Shown: positions 55,783-62,941, numbered from the stretch's first letter. The stretch is 64,000 nt of DNA from a virus (IMGVR_UViG_3300045988_081431:3220-67219), one strand, 5' to 3'. Notes: generated from the sequence alone by a model not told the origin. Translations and numbers: made by a program.

Positions 55783-56034
55783 ATGAGATTATTGACAGCT
55801 ATTATAGGTGCAATTCTTGCGGTTGCAATCGTTGTTCTTAGTATTGTCGCAAAGTTATCATGGCTTGCGGTTGCGATTGCGTTCGTTCTAGCACTTATTG
55901 GTATCGCAGGTGTAACCATGGCAATCGCATGGACTGTTCTTTGGTTTGCTGCAAAGATTACACTTGCGTTTATTATTTGTTTGTTGGTCGTTGGACTCAT
56001 GGGAATGGAGGATAGTAATGGAAAAGGTTTATAA
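55783..56034 (+). CDS. small membrane protein
   Basis: GGAG SD before ATG 55783; 83 aa, almost entirely hydrophobic (3 TM). Confidence 0.55.
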   Translation: MRLLTAIIGAILAVAIVVLSIVAKLSWLAVAIAFVLALIGIAGVTMAIAWTVLWFAAKITLAFIICLLVVGLMGMEDSNGKGL

Positions 56035-56248
56035 TGTTACATTTAGCGGTACATTCTACGGTGAAGCACGGATTACCGCCCATAGCGAAGAAGAAGCATA
56101 TGAGATTGCATCTGATTTAACAGATTGTTTCGACATTAATACAACTATTTGTCAATACGATGTGGATGGTCAGGTCGAAGAAGTCCATGTTAGCGATATT
56201 GAGTTGGAAGACTTAGATTACGAGGAAGACTATGAAGAAGATATATAA
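56018..56248 (+). CDS. hypothetical acidic protein
   Basis: GGAGG SD before ATG 56018; C-terminus DIELEDLDYEEDYEEDI. Confidence 0.55.
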   Translation: MEKVYNVTFSGTFYGEARITAHSEEEAYEIASDLTDCFDINTTICQYDVDGQVEEVHVSDIELEDLDYEEDYEEDI

Positions 56249-56516
56249 GTTTTCTAATAGAGACAACAAATTGTCTAATAGTGAACACGAGTTGCATGTC
56301 GGAGATGTATTCCTTTGGGAAGACAAACCTGTATTGATATACAAAGAGACACTCAAGACGTATCGTGTAATCTATGTGGTGTCAGGCGATTGTTTTTCAA
56401 CATCAACAATACAAAAGAAAGACATCATTGGTCGATATATCACGTTATACGAACACACCAATCTGAATTTGTTATTAGTGACACTCAAAGAAAGGATGCA
56501 CAAGTACAATGTTTGA
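56232..56516 (+). CDS. hypothetical protein
   Basis: 94 aa; overlaps its neighbours by a few codons. Confidence 0.5.
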   Translation: MKKIYKFSNRDNKLSNSEHELHVGDVFLWEDKPVLIYKETLKTYRVIYVVSGDCFSTSTIQKKDIIGRYITLYEHTNLNLLLVTLKERMHKYNV

Positions 56517-56820
56517 CGTCAAAGATATGTTCAATCTTGTGTCAGTCAATGGTTTCACATATGATTACACCGACAAACAATTCACAATCGTTGTTAACCA
56601 AGAGGTTGCATTTGACGACAACGCAACAATAACCCTTATGTATCATGCCTTTGTGATACGATTGAAAGACGGTCGGTTGGTATATGAATGTTCTTATGAA
56701 GACCACCCAGATGGTATCATTGATTGTGAATATCATGTATACACCGAGTTTGAAATCAATCAAATTGATTGGTTTTTGGAAGACTTTTATAAACACTTAC
56801 AGGAGACCATAGATGAATAA
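56509..56820 (+). CDS. hypothetical protein
   Basis: 103 aa. Confidence 0.5.
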   Translation: MFDVKDMFNLVSVNGFTYDYTDKQFTIVVNQEVAFDDNATITLMYHAFVIRLKDGRLVYECSYEDHPDGIIDCEYHVYTEFEINQIDWFLEDFYKHLQETIDE

Positions 56821-57238
56821 ACACACCCCAACAGTCGGAGACATCTACTTAGACGATACTGGATACACCATAATTATCTTCCGAATCGATACCGATGGTG
56901 AGCATTATGTTATGTTTGACGATGGCTCTTTCGATTCGTTATACGATATTACAGATGAGTATACATACATTGGACACTATGATGTAAAACAACTGTTTGA
57001 AGCCATGAGAGATGCTGAGAAGAAATACATGGACATCGACAAACAAGTGTTATCCGCAGTACAATACATGAACAAGCATGTGTTTGACCGAGACAAGAAT
57101 GCCAGATTGGTCGGTTGTGACATGCGTGTGGATAAAGACATTGACACGGTGTTCATCCAAGTGTATTCACAAATCGGTGCAGGCTATCAATGGGTATCCG
57201 TGGCAGATATAATGAACGAATACACGTTAAAACAATAA
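56813..57238 (+). CDS. hypothetical protein
   Basis: 141 aa; last gene of this transcription unit. Confidence 0.55.
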   Translation: MNKHTPTVGDIYLDDTGYTIIIFRIDTDGEHYVMFDDGSFDSLYDITDEYTYIGHYDVKQLFEAMRDAEKKYMDIDKQVLSAVQYMNKHVFDRDKNARLVGCDMRVDKDIDTVFIQVYSQIGAGYQWVSVADIMNEYTLKQ

Positions 57239-57273
57239 CAAAATAAAAAAATAAAAATTTGTCAAAATAATTG

Positions 57274-57302
57274 TTGACACACAAAACCCCAACTGATATA
57301 AT
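57274..57302 (+). promoter_or_regulatory. consensus sigma-A-type promoter (TTGACA-17-TATAAT) preceded by an A-tract UP-like region
   Basis: -35 at 57274-57279, -10 at 57297-57302. The A-rich region 57240-57270 lies upstream. Confidence 0.75.
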
Positions 57303-57381
57303 GTAATCAACAGGTAGAGAAAAACACCTGAGAAACATTAAACGGTCTGGGGTTTTATTTATAACGAAAGGCAGGAAACAT

Positions 57382-57582
57382 ATGAACCCAAGAAATGAAA
57401 TTCGCAGAAATTGTGATGAACGCACAAGAACAATCAAACAGTCAACACAAGATGGTATTCGCTTGACACCGCAAGAACAACAGTCGGCAAGAACATTAAT
57501 TGGTAACGCCATTAAATGGGATTGCGATAGTGCAGCATTTGCCTTGAGTGTGGCTTTGGAAGAAAACTTGGTGGTGGTCTAA
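57382..57582 (+). CDS. hypothetical protein
   Basis: AGGAAA SD-like element; 66 aa. Confidence 0.5.
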   Translation: MNPRNEIRRNCDERTRTIKQSTQDGIRLTPQEQQSARTLIGNAIKWDCDSAAFALSVALEENLVVV

Positions 57583-57583
57583 C

Positions 57584-57799
57584 GTGCAACCAACAGAAAA
57601 GGAATTAAAGAAAATTACCAAGTCAATCAAAGCTGGTCGCAAGTTATTAAAACAGGCTGAAAAGCCAAAGAAGACCAAAGAACAATTACAAGAATTATGG
57701 CAAGAACAAGCCAAATTATTACACGACCCATACTGTGCATGGTATTGTGCAATGGTGCGTGACATTATTAGAAATGAATTAAATGAACAGGAGAAATAA
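57584..57799 (+). CDS. hypothetical basic protein
   Basis: GTG start 57584 lies 2 nt after the upstream stop; the track start 57548 is inside the upstream gene. Confidence 0.45.
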   Translation: MQPTEKELKKITKSIKAGRKLLKQAEKPKKTKEQLQELWQEQAKLLHDPYCAWYCAMVRDIIRNELNEQEK

Positions 57800-57801
57800 T
57801 T

Positions 57802-58119
57802 ATGCTTTTTAAATTAAGTTTAGACACAAACACTACCTTTATTAAGACATTTACGTTTGATGCGACAAAATCTCAAATCATTATTTTGGATAATGAATTA
57901 TCTAACATGGTAATTAAAGTACCTGTAAGTCGAATTGATGCCGTATTATTATCTAAGATGTTTAATACACTAACTCATCAACTAATGGAAGATGCCGTAG
58001 TAACAAACAAAGGTTATGTGTACATTAACTTGCGAGCCTTTATTTCAAACTACGAGGCTGCATTAGAAGACAAACAGACCTCCAAGGGTCGCACACAACG
58101 CAAAACATATGAGTTCTAA
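57802..58119 (+). CDS. hypothetical protein
   Basis: AGGAGA SD; 105 aa. Confidence 0.55.
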   Translation: MLFKLSLDTNTTFIKTFTFDATKSQIIILDNELSNMVIKVPVSRIDAVLLSKMFNTLTHQLMEDAVVTNKGYVYINLRAFISNYEAALEDKQTSKGRTQRKTYEF

Positions 58120-58131
58120 TGGAGGTACCCT

Positions 58132-58410
58132 ATGTCTAAATTACCAGAATTTCTACAGGGAAAATCTTGCTTCGATGGTAGACCGCACCCAGCAGTACCA
58201 GAAGAATTTCTAAAGGGGTTCTACCAACGAGAAGCCGAACGCAGAAAACATATGAAACAATGCGAGTATTGTGGTCGTTGGTTTAAACCCTGCAGCCATA
58301 ACCAAAAGTATTGTACAACGACTTGTAAACAAAAGCACTACAGTCAGATATATAACGAGCAAAAAGAATTATTGATTAATGAAGAACTACAGAATGGAGA
58401 TTGGATGTAA
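58132..58410 (+). CDS. zinc-ribbon protein
   Basis: GGAGG SD; CEYCGRWFKPCSHNQKYCTTTCKQKHY. Confidence 0.55.
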   Translation: MSKLPEFLQGKSCFDGRPHPAVPEEFLKGFYQREAERRKHMKQCEYCGRWFKPCSHNQKYCTTTCKQKHYSQIYNEQKELLINEELQNGDWM

Positions 58411-58820
58411 TGGACACTAAAAATATTTTGGTAAATTCTATGGCAGGTTATCCGCTGACATTGTATATTGACCGTATGGCAGATAACATCGGTTCTCACA
58501 AAGAGGACAACATTGTATTAAATCATTTGCGATACTCTTTGTATCAACTATTGTTGGATGCTATTGGGGAACATTCGTTGTCATTTGAATTGTTACAACA
58601 ACAGGTTGCCGAATGGAAAACTATTAAGACAATCAAAGATATTACATTGTTGTTGCCTAATGCAGATACTGAACAATTAACAAAAGAAGACTTAAAATGT
58701 GTGAAACAGGTCGTCAAGGAACTAGACCAAGCGGTAACATTGGTTAAAAAACAGTTGGAAGTCGTGTGCGATAAATGTATATCGCTTGCTGATAAACATG
58801 AGAAACCACAGGAGGTCTAG
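58410..58820 (+). CDS. hypothetical protein
   Basis: TAATG overlap at 58408-58412 (track start TTG 58401 is an alternative). Confidence 0.5.
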   Translation: MDTKNILVNSMAGYPLTLYIDRMADNIGSHKEDNIVLNHLRYSLYQLLLDAIGEHSLSFELLQQQVAEWKTIKTIKDITLLLPNADTEQLTKEDLKCVKQVVKELDQAVTLVKKQLEVVCDKCISLADKHEKPQEV

Positions 58821-58821
58821 G

Positions 58822-59130
58822 GTGGATACACAAGCACTATATAGAACAATCGAAGAACAAAACCAAGTGATTATCGCCAAAGACGGCTATATCCAAGAAT
58901 TGCAACAACAGTTGGAAAAAACAAAGGATAAACTGAATGATGCAAGATGGGAGATTTCATGTCAAAAGTTTGACAAGAAATGGGCATCCGAAGCAATTCG
59001 ACAAAAAGCAGTTCATGTTATTGGTGGCTTTGAATATGGCACTCGGTATATGCCAATGGAACTGATTGTTATAACCGTTATTGTAACAATTTTACTGACA
59101 TTTGCTGTGACACGACAAGCGTTTTTATAA
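58822..59130 (+). CDS. coiled-coil protein with C-terminal TM anchor
   Basis: AGGAGG SD before GTG 58822. The C-terminus is the hydrophobic MELIVITVIVTILLTFAV. Confidence 0.5.
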   Translation: MDTQALYRTIEEQNQVIIAKDGYIQELQQQLEKTKDKLNDARWEISCQKFDKKWASEAIRQKAVHVIGGFEYGTRYMPMELIVITVIVTILLTFAVTRQAFL

Positions 59131-59144
59131 CACAGGAGGAATAA

Positions 59145-59372
59145 ATGGATACATACAGGATTCATGTCACTTACGGTGCTATAGAGCATTATTTGACGTA
59201 TAAGACGGACAAAACATTAAGTGAATTACAGTACATGATTCACATTGAGACTTCCGATAATACAGCTTTTTACCTGTTTGAAAGTTGTAATGATGCAACT
59301 AATAAGGTTTATGGTTTAAATCTATCTAGGGCAGATGCCATCAATATATATCAGGTAAACACTAATGAATGA
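59145..59372 (+). CDS. hypothetical protein
   Basis: AGGAGG SD; 75 aa. Confidence 0.55.
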   Translation: MDTYRIHVTYGAIEHYLTYKTDKTLSELQYMIHIETSDNTAFYLFESCNDATNKVYGLNLSRADAINIYQVNTNE

Positions 59373-59511
59373 TAGATACAGACAACGTAAAAAGATTTTA
59401 CACAGGAATTATGACTTGTTAATTTTGCATCTAATGGCTATGTTAGATGAAGAAACCAAAGAATATATTCGTCAAGTTGTAAAACGCTTAACAACAGGAG
59501 AAAACATATGA
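59365..59511 (+). CDS. small hypothetical protein (48 aa, below cutoff)
   Basis: The ATG overlaps the upstream stop region, and the stop overlaps the next ATG (ATGA). Sequence MNDRYRQRKKILHRNYDLLILHLMAMLDEETKEYIRQVVKRLTTGENI. Confidence 0.4.
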   Translation: MNDRYRQRKKILHRNYDLLILHLMAMLDEETKEYIRQVVKRLTTGENI

Positions 59512-59921
59512 AAACCAAAAACGACTCCATGGGAACACTAAAATTAAAACTAGAGATTACTCCAGAGAACATCGAACACCTTAGGGCATTGTTTGTAAAG
59601 CCTGAAAATAAGATTTCTAGTGGTGTTCCGACCATGCTATTTAATGGCAAGCCTGTAAATAGTTCTGTAGAAGATTTACCAACTATTGCTACGCTAAACA
59701 CTAAATACGGTTATCTCAGAGATGGCGATACAGCTATTGCACGTTCTAATGATAAACATGTTTATGTCGGTGTAGTCACTAGATTTACAGAAAAGACAAT
59801 ATATGTTAAAAATGTAATTTATGCTTTTGTTAATGAGTCAACAAATAACATTGGTATTCAATGTTTCAGCACTCATAGCTTTCCTGTTCAGGAGTTATGT
59901 GGTATAACCAAATGCCAATAA
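59508..59921 (+). CDS. hypothetical protein
   Basis: AGGAGA SD; 137 aa; last gene before the first long non-coding region. Confidence 0.6.
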   Translation: MKTKNDSMGTLKLKLEITPENIEHLRALFVKPENKISSGVPTMLFNGKPVNSSVEDLPTIATLNTKYGYLRDGDTAIARSNDKHVYVGVVTRFTEKTIYVKNVIYAFVNESTNNIGIQCFSTHSFPVQELCGITKCQ

Positions 59922-60000
59922 CCCAAATCCAAAAAATTAAAAACCAAAAATTAAAAAACAAGATTTCAAAAAATAAAACCCAAGAAAAACACATTGGTTA

Positions 60001-60030
60001 TTGACAACACAAACCGTCTTGTGTTATTCT
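60001..60030 (+). promoter_or_regulatory. candidate promoter (TTGACA-18-TATTCT with TGn) preceded by phased A-tracts
   Basis: -35 at 60001-60006, TGt at 60022-24, -10 at 60025-60030. A-tracts run through 59925-59995. The spacer contains the inverted repeat ACACAA/TTGTGT. Confidence 0.5.
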
Positions 60031-60167
60031 ATAAATGACAACAGATTGCAAACGCATGTAAACACCAACATTGTGTGATGCATCCCAAACACATCACACA
60101 GGCAATCATACCACCATTCACCACACGGAAATGTTCATGCGTTTCATCTACTGTTGTCACAGAAATC

Positions 60168-60290
60168 AAATACCACCGCATAAAAACCATGGCGAACACC
60201 TGCATGAAACAAACGTGCATCCGCAGCATATATGCTTATACATTATACGTTCGCTATGTGTCCACGTTTTATGCGGTGGTATTTTTTTTA
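60168..60290 (+). repeat. 18-bp perfect inverted repeat (AAATACCACCGCATAAAA / TTTTATGCGGTGGTATTT) spaced by 81 bp and followed by a T-run
   Basis: Arms at 60168-60185 and 60267-60284, followed by a T-run through 60289. Confidence 0.75.
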
Positions 60291-60455
60291 TTGGTATATG
60301 CCGTGGTATTGAATAAACGTACATATGTGTCGATGATATATGTATTTATCTATTGATGTGTATTGTGGTGTGTTCATGGGTTGTTATATTGATAAACCAC
60401 GGATGATACGATTAACATCAACAATCGAACATCTGTTTGTTTTAATCTTCTATGA

Positions 60456-60493
60456 TGCCACGTGGCAGCACCCATAAATGAACATATGTTCAT
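60456..60493. repeat. two perfect palindromes: TGCCACGTGGCA (12 bp) and ATGAACATATGTTCAT (16 bp)
   Basis: Located at 60456-60467 and 60478-60493. Confidence 0.8.
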
Positions 60494-60645
60494 ACGACCG
60501 CATCATCTCGTGAAATTCATTTATTTGCGTTGTACGGTGGTTTTCACATATGGGGTATACAAATATACCACCGTGGATATAAACACACCGTATAAACGAT
60601 TTAAATCAATTCTGTGGTGGTTTTTACTGTTTATATATATGATTT

Positions 60646-60766
60646 TGTCCACGGATTTTTACATTTGTATATATCTATATATATATGTCCACGGTATTTT
60701 ACATATGTATATATATATATATATATCCCACCTATTATATATACGTTCATATATTGATATACATAT
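60646..60766. repeat. three ~40-bp tandem units (GTCCACGG / GTCCACGG / TCCCACCT box + T-rich + TA-rich) including an (AT)n microsatellite at 60708-60726
   Basis: Boxes at 60647, 60687 and 60727, giving a 40-bp period. There is an uninterrupted alternating T/A run of 19 nt. Confidence 0.75.
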
Positions 60767-60802
60767 TTGTTTTTTCAAGCTATTACATATTGACCGCACG
60801 TG

Positions 60803-60855
60803 TGTTCGCCACGACCTGCAAGACCGCCTGCAACCAGCGAACATTTGTTCTGTTT
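60803..60855 (+). terminator. GC-rich hairpin followed by T-rich tract (terminator-like)
   Basis: Stem TGTTCGC/GCGAACA (60803-09 / 60837-43). The loop contains a direct CCTGCAA repeat, followed by TTTGTTCTGTTT. Confidence 0.35.
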
Positions 60856-61027
60856 AATACATTTAAAAAATTCGATTAGATTGAAAACTTTAGTTGGCTA
60901 AAGGTCGAAAACTTTCGATATGGTCTCATGCAATTCGGTTGTACACAATATAATTGCATGGGTAAACCCTGCGTTTGACGGTTTACCGTCATAGCTTTAA
61001 GTTATGACTAACCATAGATTTTTTCTA

Positions 61028-61057
61028 TTATGCAGATTGCCCCATTAGGTGTATAAT
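61028..61057 (+). promoter_or_regulatory. candidate promoter (weak -35, TATAAT -10) for the 61128 gene
   Basis: TATAAT at 61052-61057. The leader hairpin ACGAAAGA/TCTTTCGT lies at 61066-61090. Confidence 0.45.
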
Positions 61058-61127
61058 GAGTGTAACGAAAGATAATAAATGTCTTTCGTAGGTCTTTTAT
61101 AATTTTATATTGAAAGGGGTAAAACTC

Positions 61128-61406
61128 ATGAAAGAATTTTCTAGTTTATCAGCATTAAGCGAGTACGTATATAATAATGACTTATACGATACTCATAAGA
61201 AAATTACAATTATCTATAGTAAGGATAATTGGGAAAAGCCTTTCACAAAAACTCAGCGAACTTATGAGACTAACACCGACCAAAAGTATTTTAATGTAAA
61301 TGCTTGTGGCTGTAGTCTCTTTGGGGATTGCTTAGATGGTACCGATTTAGGCGTTCGCCTAGATTGGTATAATTGGAAAGCGGAAAAGGTTATTTTGCAT
61401 ATCTAG
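61128..61406 (+). CDS. hypothetical protein
   Basis: AGGGG SD-like element before ATG 61128; 92 aa. Confidence 0.55.
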   Translation: MKEFSSLSALSEYVYNNDLYDTHKKITIIYSKDNWEKPFTKTQRTYETNTDQKYFNVNACGCSLFGDCLDGTDLGVRLDWYNWKAEKVILHI

Positions 61407-61414
61407 GAAAATAT

Positions 61415-61438
61415 TGGCGGTAGTGATCACTACCGCCA
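61415..61438. repeat. 24-nt perfect palindrome TGGCGGTAGTGATCACTACCGCCA
   Basis: Self-complementary over 61415-61438, with no adjacent T-run on the + strand. Confidence 0.75.
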
Positions 61439-61468
61439 CATTATCAGAACTGAAAGAGGGAAAATACT

Positions 61469-61753
61469 ATGATGTACTTTATTATTGAACAAGAATATAA
61501 TGCTATGGACTTAATCGATACGCTAATTAATCAAGCAGATACAACGACAAAAACTATTTTGGAATTGTCTCAAGAATATCAATTAGAAGAGTGCTTGCTT
61601 GATGTAGTTGATAAGAATATAGGCGAACACGTTGCACCGTATGAAATTATTCAAGATATTGACGAAAACCCACAAGAATATATTAAGGCGTTACTTGATA
61701 ATGTTGATGAAGACTATAGGGAAGACTTAGAGGAGGAACTACAAGAACTATAA
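61469..61753 (+). CDS. small highly acidic protein
   Basis: AGAGGG SD; 94 aa, D/E-rich with few K/R. Confidence 0.6.
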   Translation: MMYFIIEQEYNAMDLIDTLINQADTTTKTILELSQEYQLEECLLDVVDKNIGEHVAPYEIIQDIDENPQEYIKALLDNVDEDYREDLEEELQEL

Positions 61754-61758
61754 GGAAT

Positions 61759-61790
61759 AAAGGCGGTACGCAAGTACCGCCTTTAGTTTT
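61759..61790 (+). terminator. intrinsic terminator with GCAA tetraloop
   Basis: 11-bp stem AAAGGCGGTAC/GTACCGCCTTT, GCAA loop, then AGTTTT. Confidence 0.75.
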
Positions 61791-61896
61791 GCCGTTGTAT
61801 TCTCAATTAGCATCAGCAAATGAGAAAAGCCAGCGTATTTGATAATTATTCTCAAATAAAAGTCTCTATATTTGCGTTGTATGGTCGTTTTCATAT

Positions 61897-62562
61897 GTTC
61901 CCCTTATGATTGTACATAAAACACCTAAACGAGCATATAAGCGAAAATACACGATTTTATGACATATGACTTTTTGCGTGTTTTAGCGTTTGTTTGTTTT
62001 TATGTACAAAATATATGAATGTGTACATGTACAATAGACATCACCACCATAGGCAGCTTAAATGAGAAATATTCTCAATACCATAAATCCTGCCAAATGG
62101 TACAATTAAATTGCATACAATCGATTATGACATATGAATGAGTGTTCATATGTACATATGTTAATCATGAGTTTTTCGCATAGGTATAAACATGAATAGT
62201 TGCTCATATGAATAACCGTTCATGCATGCGTTTTGGGAATACATGACGCATGAACATATGAACATACATTCATATGAAAAAACTGTTGCATGAAATTCGA
62301 TTGTATGCAATCATATTGTACGACCACCACCTACAAAAACCATATCGAAAATTTTGAATGTCAATCAATAATGATTACATTTGTCAATAACACATCGAAA
62401 ACATTCGATATACAACAGTATCCACCACAGAAAAACAAATTCATAACTTATGTATGCACACAAAAGACCTCTTGCGTATTCTCATTTAGACAATACCGCT
62501 AAAATTCATTTAAATGCGTTCTACGGCGTTTTTGGTCTTTTACATACAATCATAAGGGGAAC
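61897..62562. repeat. 18-bp perfect inverted repeat pair (GTTCCCCTTATGATTGTA / TACAATCATAAGGGGAAC) bracketing ~630 bp of repeat-rich non-coding DNA
   Basis: Arms at 61897-61914 and 62545-62562. The interior holds further imperfect inverted repeats (62099-62126 vs 62294-62322) and many CATATG-centred palindromes. Confidence 0.8.
62063..62077. repeat. palindrome TGAGAA-ATA-TTCTCA; ATTCTCA half-site recurs about 5 times in this region
   Basis: 62063-62077. Other ATTCTCA copies lie near 61799, 61847, 62478 and 62612. Confidence 0.65.
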
Positions 62563-62655
62563 TCTTTAGATACACCCTATAGGCTAAATAAATGAACGTT
62601 TTATTGAGAGACATTCTCATTTACCCAGCGTTTTTACATATTTTTCAAATTTTTG

Positions 62656-62684
62656 TTGACATGTGTAAAAATCTGTGGTATTTA
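62656..62684 (+). promoter_or_regulatory. candidate promoter (TTGACA-17-TATTTA with TGn)
   Basis: -35 at 62656-62661, TGg at 62676-78, -10 at 62679-62684. Confidence 0.5.
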
Positions 62685-62765
62685 TATATATTCATTAAAC
62701 ATGGGTATTTTGTCGGTGTTCGTTTGTCATAACCTTAGGCTATGGATAACCATAGATAAAAACTA

Positions 62766-62795
62766 TTGTACATTGTACCGCTTAAGCGGTACAAT
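62766..62795 (+). promoter_or_regulatory. candidate promoter (TTGTAC-18-TACAAT) whose spacer and -10 form a 24-bp perfect palindrome (operator-like)
   Basis: ATTGTACCGCTTAAGCGGTACAAT at 62772-62795 is its own reverse complement. The CTATGG-ATAA-CCATAG palindrome at 62740-62755 lies just upstream. Confidence 0.55.
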
Positions 62796-62841
62796 AAGAC
62801 CATAAATAAATAATCTTTATTTTTAACGGAGGTTTTAGCCT

Positions 62842-62940
62842 ATGGATTTAGAAGTTTTAAGAAATATCGGAGGTTGCATATTTGCGACTTTCTTAATTCA
62901 ACTTATTAGATGGGTGTATTTCACCCTAGGAGGTGAATAA
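62842..62940 (+). CDS. small hydrophobic peptide (32 aa) / leader ORF
   Basis: GGAGG lies 9 nt before the ATG. The stop is 1 nt before the next start. Sequence MDLEVLRNIGGCIFATFLIQLIRWVYFTLGGE. Confidence 0.35.
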   Translation: MDLEVLRNIGGCIFATFLIQLIRWVYFTLGGE

Positions 62941-62941
62941 A

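Noticed and set aside
60029-60879. Six ORFs (61-131 aa, both strands) in the first long non-coding region
   Set aside because: They have no SD sites. Their composition is low-complexity (YIYIYI, HHT runs) and generated by TA and CCAC repeats. They overlap each other on both strands.
62290-62502. 70-aa ORF in the second non-coding region
   Set aside because: It has no SD, it crosses several palindromes, and its composition is atypical.
61897-62562. A simple large perfect palindrome/hairpin (telomere-resolution-type site) spanning the whole segment
   Set aside because: I compared the left half with the reverse complement of the right half. Only the terminal 18 bp and scattered motifs match, and the matches are not collinear.
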